Source: Trichosphaerium sp. ATCC 40318 (taxonomy: Eukaryota; Protista; Tubulinea). Taken from it: DNA of 64,000 nt. Position numbers and translations under genes: made by a program. Shown here piece by piece: positions 11,823 to 24,600 of the stretch (within the stretch, counting starts at the first letter, position 1; the number at the start of each line of letters is the position of its first letter). The notes under the pieces are model-generated. The model had not been told where the DNA came from, made no database searches, and saw nothing but the letters and a program-made list of their open reading frames with translations. The stretch is taken from the NCBI GenBank assembly GCA_038496445.1, contig JALMLS010000322.1, positions 248,001 to 312,000 of the forward strand. The letters are read 5' to 3'.

Positions 11823-14800
11823 TCACGTCAAATCAATAACGGCTGCTTCAGCTCCTTTAAAACAATTAGTACAAATTATACATCTCAATATCTTACGTTT
11901 CTTTTTGGCAGGTGGTACTTCACCACCAAAAGAGTCTGCAGACCTCGATAACTTTCGTTTCAATGAAGGTCTAGGATATCAGTTTTTATTAGAAATGTGG
12001 TGATAGCTAGTTCCCAAGTAGTATGCGTACGCTTGATTTTGCTTTTCTGTTTGTACAAGAGTATATCCGCCATCACGTTGAATGCGAACATCATCAATAT
12101 CATCATCATCAACTTCTTTTAAAATCTTATCAAAATAAGCATCAAGAACAAGTTCCTATTGGTTTTCATGTTAGAGACTCTTTTCCTTCTTCAAGAAAAA
12201 TAAGAGTTATGGACATACGTCATATGGTGTTGCTTGGTTACATGTAGGACATTTGAAGTAAGGGTATTTCTTATTTACACAGAGATATGAATTGAGGTCG
12301 AAAGGCTTCAATTAAGTGTTAATGTACAATCCCGAAATACGCTAAAAGAAAAGAAAGACGACTTGGTGTGAATGAGCTGTTATTACATACCTGTAAATGA
12401 GAACAATTCTTTCCTCTAACAGGCCATCGTATACGAGTCAATGCAAGTGGACATCGGAGAGATACCTATTTATCAGTTAGAAGAAAAAACCAAAAAACAT
12501 TTTTTAAGATCTTGCTTCACCTTCAAAGAAACTTGTTGAATGTCATCGTCTCCTCTATCAAACGAGTTCTTTACTATTCATTGTTAACAAACAAGTTACA
12601 TTGAAACAAAATCCTACCTCTTTCAAGAGCTTTATCTAAGGGCAGCAATCTACTCTTTCTAGAAACTGCCTCGGTAACTAATTGGTCAACTGATAATTTA
12701 TCAACAACACGAATGAAAAACCTCAAGTGAAGCTAATAAAGTACAACCATAGTTAGCAACAAGTTGAGATTATTGCGACGAGATAAAGGAGAAATTAATT
12801 TTTTAAATCACGTGATTCCCGTACATAGGTGCCAGGACGATTACTATTAATTAGAATCTTGTTTGTCCCAACTTTTACAAAATTGGATATATTTACACCA
12901 AAAAGTGCTTCTGTTGGTTCCATCTATGTTAAAAAACAGTTAGCACTTAGGCTGACAATAGACATGGTTTTTGTGTACCTCAGGAAAGGTAAATATTCTA
13001 TTATTAAGATAAACATTTAGCACAGGTGGAAACTGTACACATTTTTTTAAATTGCTTAGATTATATGTTACTAAGCTTAATGTACACCTTGACGTTGCCA
13101 ACCTAAATTAACAGGCACGTGAATTTAAGTTCTCGTAGTCATAAACTAAGCTAAAAACGATACATACTTTTGAAATAATTCCTTGCTAACATCAAAACTG
13201 TTGGGACCACGTATAGACCATTTTTCCTAACAGATGTTACACCTTTTGCGATAAAAAAACTTCAAACAAAACTTCATTTTAGGTCAATTCTAAACAACTA
13301 TGATAAACTGTAATACTGATAGCATAAAAAAATATCATAGATTTCAGCGTGCTAAGGAGTGTATTTTATACTGCTCAGGCGGACCATGTCCATTGAAGAA
13401 ATGTTGAACGAAAAAGTTCAGATATGAATATGTGCGTACAGTTTTAAAATCTAGTTTTAGCTTTGTCATACCAAGTAACTCTTCTTGAAACCGAAGATAA
13501 GGGTAGTTAATAGTATTTGCCTATTAATAAATTAGTTCACACCTTAACACAAATATGGGCTAAGAAACAACGTGTACCTCTTTTAATGCATTTTCTGTTT
13601 TTGGTGATTGAGGTCGAATTACTCGCTTAATACTCATTAGAAATTATAAATTATTGATGTACACAACTGGCTTACTTGTACTACAATCCCTTCCTCAAAA
13701 CTAGGAGGTGATTCAGGTTCAGGCGCTTGCTCTTCAAAATACCGTCTAAAAATGTCAGCAGTCTCTTTTTTTCTTTCTTTTTTCTGAAAGGTGGCAGTAC
13801 CTTTGCTCAGGTTGTTCTGACTCCATTGGAGTGGGATCCAAACTAAAGTTGTACACGAAGTTAGGATATGATTACAAAGAATGTTATAGAATTATATGAT
13901 TGTACCTAGTATTAAAGAAAGCTGATTGCACTGAGAATGACACATCAGATTCAGATGCATTTGAACTTTGAGAAGAAGGCACATACGTTCTCGTTTCATT
14001 GTTTACACTGTACTCATCAAGTCCAAATCTAGATTTACAAGCACTTGAAATAAACAAGGTTAGACGCATTTCAGTGAGTGGTATCTGTAGCAATGAGAAA
14101 GTGCAGACTTGGAAGGAAGGTCAAAAAAAGTTTTGTTTTGGGGGTATTTTTGAAACAAAATACAGTGCAAATCGTTCAAATTCTCTACTTTTCTTTCCCC
14201 CACTCCACAGAAACGCCTTGAAGAATATTTCCCTTATTCTTAAAAACAGTACTTGCAAGGGCAGGGGTAAAAACAAAGTGAAGAATATGAACGATTTGAA
14301 CTGTAACGTCTTTTGGGTTACCTTGTGGTTTCAAAAGGTAATGCTTCATTGGGATGATTACAAAAGTGATTTATGACTTTCATCCACTCTTCAATGTTCT
14401 TTTTATAACCTTTTAAACGTAGTATGAGTATAAATATACACCGAACGAGGATGACATTTGGAAAACAGTGAAATACACAGAAAATGCCAACTAAATAGTA
14501 ATGTACCTGGTGTCAAACAGCTGCGTTTATCATAAACAGCTTGAAATAAGGGTTTACACTTGATTGGCGAGTATCTATGGCTGCCCCGTATGCGAAAAGT
14601 CAGAATATTGCAGCAGTTATAGAAATACGACTTTGTAGACCTATTTTAATAAGTTTGGATCACAGAAACTCACTTACGCATTCAAATAGGCTGGAACTAG
14701 TTCTGTGATTGTATCGACGCCTGATACGTACCCTAATAGTGTCAGCGTTGTTTTTTAACTGACAGATAGTGGTATTACAATTCGGCTTTTTTAAAAGTTG

Positions 14801-14872
14801 CTTCAAGACATCTAGACGCGCTTTTAGCTGGTCTTTGTTCATTTTGACGCCATTTTGCACGCCCTCTGCCAT
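11823..14872 (-). CDS. PIAS/Siz-type SUMO E3 ligase (SP-RING/MIZ zinc finger)
   Basis: VSLRCPLALTRIRWPVRGKNCSHLQPFDLNSYLCVNKKYPYFKCPTC SP-RING; LVLDAYFDKIL; C-terminal SUMO-interacting motif VIDLT; N-terminal exons less certain. Confidence 0.85.
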
Positions 14873-15121
14873 TTCTTGTTATTTCGCTCACACCATCAAG
14901 CTGAAAAAGCCAAGATTGCCACGTTACTTTTACTGGACGTTGTTAGTCGTAAACACAACGTAACAAAGTTGTACGCAGCTATCAAGTCAAAAAAAATCAA
15001 CAACTTTTCCATCCTCCCAAGTGGACACAATGCTTGTTTTGGGCTCTGAGCGCCGTTTGTAGAACTAAAGAACTTTGACAGCAGGTGATTTCTGTATCAA
15101 TCTATTTATTTCTACAGCCTT

Positions 15122-17643
15122 TCACTTTTTACTCCAAAGACGATTTTTGAGTTCTTTACGTAAAAGCATCCTTTCTCTGTATGTCTTACCAACAACACCT
15201 TTGTTTTCTTGCATTCTACGCATCAAATAAGGCATTACTTGTGATACAGGACCGTATGGGATGTATTTTAACACTTTTACTTTAAGTTGTGCTACATACC
15301 AAAAAGTTAGCTGGTTTGCGAATGTCAAACAGTACAACGAATTATTCGTCATTTAAATTAATAAGAAAAATCTAGGAAAACAAAATTTATTGTTCTCTTG
15401 AAACTTATTTGTGCGTGTAGAGAAAAGAATGTAACGTACCCATAGTGAGGCTAATATGATCACACATTCCGTACAATTGTGCAAAATATACACGCTCTGT
15501 ATCCATCGGAATGCCAAGCTAACCAAACGTCACCAAAAAAAACAGAAAAGAAAAAAAAGAAAGTTGGGTTAGTGTGAGTATTGTTACCTCAGCCATTTGA
15601 TTATATGCTTTAGATATTGTTTGTTCATTGTGAGTGGCAATTATCGTAGATACAGTATTACCAGATGCAACCTCATCTAACACTATCTTTACCGCATTAT
15701 CATACATTTTATGTGTGTCTTCAATACTATTGTTGATGCAACAAGACTCTACCAAAGATAAGCTTCATGTCTTAAAAAGAAAAAACAAAATCTTTAGCGA
15801 TTTTGTTCAATATAAGAACTACTAAAAGCACCAGAAGCCATTCATTACTATGGCTTTCAGGTTCAAGATTTCGAAAAAAAAATTCGTACCAATGGAATCT
15901 GCTAATGATCTCTCTTCTTCAACGTATGCACCTCTAACAAGCTAAAATAGTGTAAGCATGTACGAAATATGTATCTTTATAAAATAACTTGTTACCTTGG
16001 CACCTAGAGTGAAATTCCCTGCTTTTGCTGCGCGTATATCGCTCAGCAATCGTTTGTTTCTACAAAAAATAAATTAGCTTTTTTATTCTTGTTTTTGGAG
16101 CTTTAAAATAGTACCCTTCTTTTAGATATTGTTGATATGTATTGTAAATAACAGTTTTCCCATTCCTATTAAACTTTCTACAAAGTGCCAAAGCGAGAAA
16201 ATCTATGGCCTTTGCGAAAAAAAATTTGTTAGAACAAAATTTACAAAGTTTGGTGAACGCACTGACTGATAATATGATTGCTCAGCATCAATAAAAATTG
16301 GCACACGATATTTATAAGCTTCTTGACAAACTGTATCAAGCCTTTTCATTAATTTTTGTAAATCTCTAAGGTGTTTCTCGCTTAAAGGTTTCGGCACATT
16401 GTTATCATCACTTTTGTTATTTTCTTCTTTTTCCATAGTCTCAAAGTACTTTTCATAGGTAACATCAAGAGCTACAAAAAACCAGGTTATTACCATCAGA
16501 TAAAGCATTAAGGTATAGTTCAAGGTCAATCACGCGTAGACAATTGGTTCAAATAAAGCAACAGACTGATGACTTGCTAAAATTTTGGACTGACGTGGTT
16601 TATATTCTGTACCAATTGACAACGTGATTGACCTTGAAGGATACGCGGAATGTTTTTCAACAATAAATACTACGTTATGAATAAAAATATGATACATACA
16701 CGAACCGACATGAGTCAAAGACTCCCAAGCTATTTCAAATGAAGAATCGACATTTTCTTTATATTTTAGTAATTTATCCATTTCTTTCAGAAAAGTGTCA
16801 GATTTAACAAATCCTGTAATCTTTGTTGCGACAAAAGACACATAAGGGTTCTTTGCAGCAAGTCTTATATCTCTAACGAAAATATCTACAATAGCATCTA
16901 GAGCGACAGAACTACCTAGAATGATGTTCAGTCTTTCTTTTATGGGCGTTGAGAGTGTTTAATTCGGAAAGAAGGCAAACGTCAACAGAAACGTTGATTT
17001 TCGTTAGTCGTTTTCTGTTTGTTGCCAAAAATCGTACCATCAATCTCTACGCTGTAGGAAAGTAAAGACTGAAGGTTATGCTTCGTTCCATTGGTATTTA
17101 CAGTTTTTGTTGCTTCTTCAACGGTTTCTCCAGCGCAGAAGTGTTTGTAGAAGCTATGACGCAGTACAGTGTCAGTCACGGCTTGCGGGGAATTAGTGGT
17201 GAAGTGACATTTAACACAAAAGTAGAAAAAGGCGCTTATACGCGCTAATTCGCCCCGTTGAGTAGTCAGAGGTGGAATTTGAGTTGTTTTTTGTTGTACG
17301 TAAAAAAAGAAATTAAAGTTGATCAGAAAAGCTACAACGTACGTGACAGACCTATTTTCTTCGTCGCAGACAACAGCGATGGACCCATAGAGACAAGAGT
17401 GTCGAAAGAGCATAAACGTAACATTGTGTAGTAAAAAATGAGCTCTGTGGTTGTTTTATCCTTGTATATTGCGGCTGTATCATCGAAATTTGGCACGTTG
17501 GTTTTAGATGTCGTCACTCCCTGCGTTTCTAAACGCACGCACCCAAGGGCACCGAACGGCGTCGGCCGACGGGGTTTAACATGCGTACCAATTCTTCTGA
17601 GGTTGTTGTATTGTGCAGAGCGCACAGTTGCTTTTACGAGCAT
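15122..17643 (-). CDS. PRODH: Mitochondrial proline dehydrogenase
   Basis: FYKHFCAGET, FIDAEQSYYQ, GAKLVRGAY, IATHN, FAQLYGM, KYIPYGPVSQVMPYLMRRMQEN; basic presequence. Confidence 0.95.
16513..16644 (-). repeat. Intronic long inverted repeat (pre-miRNA-like hairpin or MITE)
   Basis: Perfect 16-bp arms TTCAAGGTCAATCACG (16519-16534) and CGTGATTGACCTTGAA (16623-16638), inner CAATTGGT/ACCAATTG, outer GTAT/ATAC. Confidence 0.75.
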
Positions 17644-17710
17644 GTTTAACGGATAATTTCTGTAATTCTGGTACTCTTAAAGTGGATTCATGTAACTTAG
17701 CACCTGCCTT

Positions 17711-19058
17711 ATGCAGCTGACATCAAAATTGCCATGGTACGCGTGTGAAAGCACCACAGAAACTCTTTTAATTGTAATTTAGCTAAAAAGGATCCCAGGG
17801 CCTCTCACAGAACGAGAAATAACTAAATTCAAGACACAAGGCTATGTGGTGCAGAAGAAGGTGTTTTCGAAGGATATTCTAAAGCAACATTCAAAGGCAA
17901 ACCTAACTACCTTAAAATATATTTCCACGCGTAGTTTGATCCATTGAACACGTTCTCTAGTCATTTAAAAAAAATCTCAAAACATTTCGTAGGAAGTACG
18001 AAAATTCATTCAAAAATGCTCAGATCTCAATTTTGATGATAATGGGAACGTATTAGAAGGTGACATTCGAAATTATGATAAGTTTGCAAAAGGCACGTGC
18101 TTGCAACAAAAAACTTTTGATCTTTTTTTAACCGTTTTTTCCTGTTTAGGATTCGGTGGCATGATAGAGTTTTTTTATGGAAAAGCTATGTGGCGTATGC
18201 GCCAAGATAAGTTGGTTCATAGTACGTTTACACAACTATATGCTGATACGTATGCAACCAGTACGTCAACAACTTTAAATTATTAATGATTAACCTGAGG
18301 TTTTTTTGAACATAGATGATAAACTGTGGCCTAACGCTTATGGTAAATTCAACGCAGATGAAATGTTCGTTTTCATAAATAGGTGTTGCTTTAGGCCACC
18401 AAGTGAGACCTTTGGTGATGATCAGCAATACTCGAAAGGAACAGGATTTCATTTGGACTTAAACCCTTTTTTCCCTTTTTCTTCTGACTTGCCTTCATCT
18501 TTGCCTACCGAAACTTGTTTTGAATTTGGAGATAAAGGACTTTTATTCTGGCAACCAATACAAGCTTTTATAGCTGTTACATCTAGTAAGGCAACTGATA
18601 GTGGTGGATTTCAAACAATCCCTGGATTTCATCTGAAATGTTTCGATTATTTTCTAAACAAAGCCAAAGATTCTGACTTCGGAGAAGCTGCTTTGAAGCG
18701 TGGTAATGCGTTCGATATTGATTTGGAGGACAAAAGATATGCTGAACTAAAAGAGCAAATAATAGATGTTAATGTTGAAGAAGGTGATGTTGTGTATTGG
18801 GACTGGCGTATGCCTCATCAAAACGCAAACAATAATAACTCAAAAAAAATTAGAGAATGCGTTTATGTTGGACACCTACCAGCTGTAGGTGTAAATAACA
18901 AATACGTAGAGAAACAAAAGAAATGGTATACAAAAGGTATACACCCGCCTTATATGAGCAAAAAGTTTCAAAAACTTGAGCAAGACTGTTACGACAAGGA
19001 AGAACTAACGTCTCTTGGTAAAAAATTAATGGGATTTGACACATGGTTGTCAAAATAA
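17711..19058 (+). CDS. Phytanoyl-CoA dioxygenase (PhyH)-family Fe/2OG dioxygenase
   Basis: PLTEREITKFKTQGYVV N-terminus, HLD metal motif, SGGFQTIPGFH, GDVVYWDWRMPH, RECVY. Confidence 0.85.
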
Positions 19059-19426
19059 AAAATATTGATTTTTAAACACCTACCAGCGCCCTTCTCGGGG
19101 TTTTTATTTGTGGTGCACTATGTGGTGCAGTGTGTGAGTTAAAGCTTTGTTAAATCTCATCACGTGATTAGCAGTTGCCGAGGTTCTTCTTTTGTTTTTT
19201 TTTGTTTTTTTGGATTTTTTGAATTGTTGACAGAATAATACACACAAGATACAAGTTCAATTACTTTAATACAAAAAAAAAAGAGGTTGAGGTAATAATA
19301 AGTTACATGATGAGTACGCGACTAGCATGTGAAAAAAAAAACAAAAAATTGGTTCAATGAACCTGAGGGATGGAATGTGTTAGCGCGATTTTTTTTCCTT
19401 CTTTTCCTTTCCCTTTTTTTCTTTCG

Positions 19427-20422
19427 CTACTTTGAGTCCTTACTCTTCTTTTTATGGCTTCCATTAGAGTTGATAAGATACTGTTCCATCTCCACAAGGC
19501 TCTCAGTCTTTTTCTCATGTTTTCTCAATCCAGTTTTTCTCTTGTGACTCCTCCACTTTATTCTGTGTTTCTTCTTAAATCGTTTCTCAGACGCTAAAAA
19601 AAATATAAGTCCATTTCAAAGGCTCGTCACAACAATACACAAACGTTGTGAGATAAAAGTATACAAACACCTTGTGTACGTGTCCGTATCTTGAAAGCAC
19701 GTATTATTGTTTTAAGTATAATATAAAGGCGCTAATCGCTGAGAAATTTTCTTGAGAAAAGCAGAAAAAAAAAAAAAAACATGATCATCTCGGATGTAAT
19801 AATACGGATTAAAAGTTACCTTGGTGTTGTAAAAATGTATCTGACGTTAAGAATTTATGATAACTATCGTGTTCCATCATTTGGTAGATAAAATTCTGAG
19901 CGGCATCAAACATATCTGCTGTACACTCTTTAGCCGCTAATTTTGATGTAACTTGCATAGAAATCTCTTCATCTACGTTTATAAGGTATCTTTCGAAACG
20001 AACCGTCAGAATTTAAGATTGAAATAAAAAAAACTTTTAAAACCATTGTTAAGCGCAATGTATTTCAGCGTTCTTATAGATAAAAGGGTTGACGTACTCG
20101 CCGGCAGTGCTGAAAAACTTATGGTAGATTTTTTCTGCTCTGGTTGCTCGTATAGAAGAGTACTTATCGTCTAGATGGCGGTATTGGTGTACTGCAATCC
20201 TAAAAGCAAATTACACTTTAGTACAACAATAAAACTGATGGGTAATTTGCACGCTTGGTTCTATAACCATATGTAGGAGTTTAGGAGTAGCAAAACGTAC
20301 CAAAACGCCAAATTTTCCGAACACGCCCGCTGTTTTAAATATCCTCTAAACACGCGAATAAGCTCCTCATCGTGGAGGATCTCTTCCAGGGTTGGATTAA
20401 CAGGTTCATCACTGTCTGCCAT
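19427..20422 (-). CDS. RGS-domain protein with basic C-terminal tail
   Basis: TLEEILHDEELIRVFRGYLKQRACSENLAFWIAVHQY...RAEKIYHKFF...VTADMFDAAQ. Confidence 0.85.
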
Positions 20423-21622
20423 ACTAAATAATGTCTGACACGCGAAATAAGCTTCAAAAGCGAGTTTTCTTTGTTTTTCTCTTTACAGCCACTACTGACG
20501 CCAGTGTGGTGTTGCTATACTGCAAATTCACTAAATTGTTTGACTCAGAAACATTTCGAAATGACTGTTTAGACGGTGTGAAATGACGCGCAATTTATCA
20601 GTACAAAACATGTCAAACTTGAAAAGGGCAATTGTACTTTCAACCTGCTCCTATTAGCGTGTATCTTACACATTTTTGGCGGGTGAATACTCCGAGAATG
20701 ACCGTTCCGTGCAAATTGAGTCATTCAACTTATGCAAACGTAAACGGCATTCTAGCGTAGGTCTACGCGTTCTTACCTGTGTACTTTCGCAATAGAGCAG
20801 TAATGGCATCATAAAACAAAATAGAAATGGGTATCACCCAGTAGCGTCATACTACTCGAGTACAGCGTGAATACTTGGTTTGGAACCTGTACGCGGTTTT
20901 AAAAAACCTACGCACTATATATTACGTGCTTAATTAAATACATTCTGCAATGCTTCCAGTGGCTGTTGGTTAGTACCTACGACCAAAGGATGGAGAAAGA
21001 ACCTATTTTGATTTTCTGATAGTTCGAAAAAAATGACAAGGTCAGAAAAGACCAAAAAACAGTCACAAAAAAAAAGGATCCACTAATGCATGTATAGTCC
21101 ATCATCCTCTAAAATAGAGTGTTCCTTCGGGGTTCACTCAAGACACGTGATTGTAAAACAAACCAATGATCCTCTTTGTAAACTAAACCAAGCAAAAACA
21201 CTACAACACTTGCTATTACAGCGTAATGGACAAGCGAAATCTTTTACCAAAATAGTTTTCTGCTTTATTTCTACAATCTATTGCGCATCTCTGGGTTACC
21301 TGATTGTTCACCAGCAAGGTTTATCGTAAAAGGGAAAATCTAAAGTTTGGAATCTGGAAGTGTGATAGAAGTGTTTTTTCTCCCCACACCAATAGTAAAC
21401 ATACCATATAGTCTTCCCCTTGAGGGCGGGGTGCTATAGCGACTGAGGAGTCAATTTGTTGATGGTGTGGGATATTTAAATTATGCATAGGTGTAAAAAC
21501 TACTTTTGGTGCAATGGGGACATGTACTTGGAGTATTGAAGAATTCGGAAAGGCAGATAGAGAAACTATAAAATGAACTATAATTACCAGGGTTTTTATT
21601 TGTTTGCATCTTTTCTTTTTTG

Positions 21623-24600
21623 TTAAGGATGCTCTTTTACAGCTTCATCATTATTTTGGTGTCCCCATTTATAACGCTTCTTCCATTTCTCCTTATCGAT
21701 ACCTAATCTTTCTAATATCTCATCATCTATAACTCTCTCAGAGGAATCACTGCTATCATTATTAGTATTTTGATCAGAGGCATTATCGTCTTCTGGTTTA
21801 TGTTGGAATTCCTGGCTTTCTCCAACGTTTTCTTTACTTTCATTATCTTGAGAGTTATCAATAACATCAGTATCGTCTGGTTTATGTTGGTTTAGTTGAT
21901 GTGTCTCCTTTGAAACTTCATTACTGTCTTCTTCTTTATCTTGTAAACTAAAACCTAAATCACTTGTTTGCACTTCAGTTTCAGTCGTTTGATACTCTTC
22001 TGAATCATCTCCTATACTTTTTTCATCATCTTCTGGTTTATGCTGTTCAAACACTGTATCAGAATTAGTAGTATCAGCTTGATCAGAGGCGGTGTCATCA
22101 TCTTCTGGTTTATGTTGGAATTCTTGACTTTCTCCAACTTGGTTTTCGTTTTCGGCAGTTTTTGAGTTATCAACAACGTCAGCGTTATCAGGATTATGTT
22201 GATCTCTGTGATCATTATTTACATCTTCTAACGATAAGTCTGTTACAGAATCTTCATCATCAGGTCTATGTTGAGAACTCTGGTCATTTTTAGAGCCTTC
22301 ATCATTTCCTTCATTAAATTCTTTTGTATTGTCTTTTTTCAATTCAGAAACATGTTTCTCTAGAGTTTTTGGTTTGTTAGTCTGTATTGATGTTTACAGT
22401 CTTTTTAAAGACTAGTTTTGTGTTTGTGTCTTTAGAACGTACTGTAAGGATCTGCTAGAGTTTGTAAATGATGATCTTCAACTACTGTTTCCTCAGTTGT
22501 TTGTATATCGTCTGCACTGTGTTGAACGAATTTCTTTGGTGCTTTTGTAACACGTAATCCAGGCTTTATTTTCTTTAGTTTCTCATGATCTACGTCGTCT
22601 AAGTTTCCTTCACTTTCAACATGTCTACCAGCCCATTGTTGATCGGGATCTTAGAACAAAAAACACAATCAGAAAAAACACGTGACGTGAAGAAAAAGGA
22701 GAAAATAACAAGAAAAAGAAAAGCGTCTGAAGATACTTTTTTGGTGTTGTTCATACTTACCGTGGAACTCAATTTCATCGTTTATACGCTTAAAGTTTTC
22801 GATAACAATAGATGCAACCTTTTCTTTGGAGTAATTATTAAGAATATGTTGCCTGGCACGCTTGGCTTTAGCACGAGCCTAAAACAGAAAGTTACACAAA
22901 ATTCCTACTTGAACAACATGGGAAAGAGGGTATAAAGCATTTTATCAATTATGTACCCCGCTTCTATCTGTGAACACCTTACGCATCAATGACGATAAAC
23001 TCTTTACAGATGGCTAAAAAGGAGAAAGAAAATCAGTAAACTTCAATTTGGTTTTTTTTGCTAATTCGTACTTCTGCTCTCATGCCATAGTCCTCTGATT
23101 CTTCTGCTGGTTTAAGATCAACAATATCTATGAGATACGAGTTTTCTTCATTCATAAACTCTAGTTGACCACCCCAGTTTGTACCAATGGTAGGAAGTTC
23201 CATGGCCATTGCTATTCTTGTGTTAATTATGTTTGCTATTTTAAAAACAGTCTACTAAATCAACTTATACCTTCCATATAAGGCAAGCCCCATCCTTCTC
23301 CTCTCGAAGGCAAAACGTATGCGTTTACTGATTTATATAGCCTTGGCATTTGAGATTCATCAATTTCTTTAGTCAGAGGTTCAATAAGAGGAAGCTTATC
23401 ATACTCCAAACCTAGAAATACATGGATAAGAAACATTCTAATAAATCAAAGAGAATGTTGAAGTACCCAATTCTTTTGCGTAATCCTTAATTCGTGAACG
23501 GACTTTATCTACATCACGTTTATCAAATGGTTCATCATATAGATATGTCTGTAAGTATAACACAACATCATCATCAGCGTTAAACTCATTCCAATACGCT
23601 TCAAGAAGAACATCCCATCCTTTACGCTATAGAGAGTTAATACTGTCTAGCCTTGCAGAACAAAAGCAAGGGCCACAAACGGTAAATTTTTTTACACAAA
23701 CCCTCCGCTAAAAAAAGATACGAAGAATGTAAATAGCACGTGACTTACACTTTCCCATTTGAACACAGCCAAAAATGCGAATTGTTTATCCTTTCTACTT
23801 GGAAGATCCGTCATAGGTTCAGTGACGTAAGGATCGTATAGGTGCGTATTCAATGGAAGTGGTATTCTACGGGTATTACAGTGTAAGATTTCAGAAGTCT
23901 TTCGTGACAACAAAGGGACTTTGCTAAAAGCAAGAATAAACGTACTTGTAGATCTTCTCCTTGTGAACTCCGGAGTCGATAAAAGCATCAACTAGGAATT
24001 GTGCAGGTACCCAAACTTCATCTACATCTTCATTGCAATGATCTATCCATTCCTTTGGGATCATAGTAGATTCAAACATGCTCCTACCTAATACAAAAAA
24101 AACGAGTCAGTAAACACTGTACTGTAACACCAACTGTGAATGACCGCACCAATAACAAACCTTGGCCTCTCCTCAACATCTACAGTACCCCTGTATGGGA
24201 ATTTAGGATACGACGTTGGTGGCTTATGAGACACCCAAATCTAAAAAAAGGTGGTTAGCCACAAAAAAGGGTTTACATTCCTTCAACTTTTTTTTTTTCA
24301 CGTACATCCAACTCTCCAATATTTTTAGTTCTCATACGATCAACAGATTCTTGTACACCCTAGGGATCTTATAAGAAACAACGCCAAAATATTATAATAA
24401 TAGTGCCTCTGGTTGCCCTCCACATATACAGTCATCATCAGCTACAACATGCATATCAACAGAATCTTCAAGTGAAGTAGCGAAATTTATCATTTCTAAG
24501 TTCCATCCAGTACATCCACTAGTACAGTTGTCAACCATAAATAAAAATACTGAAATTTGTCTTACCAATACGTATCCCATATTGCTCTGAAAGGAACCCT

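Noticed and set aside
19380-19429. Possible TAG readthrough of the RGS gene into a further Lys/Arg-rich stretch
   Set aside because: Purine-rich tracts are common here and give basic peptides in any frame; no independent support
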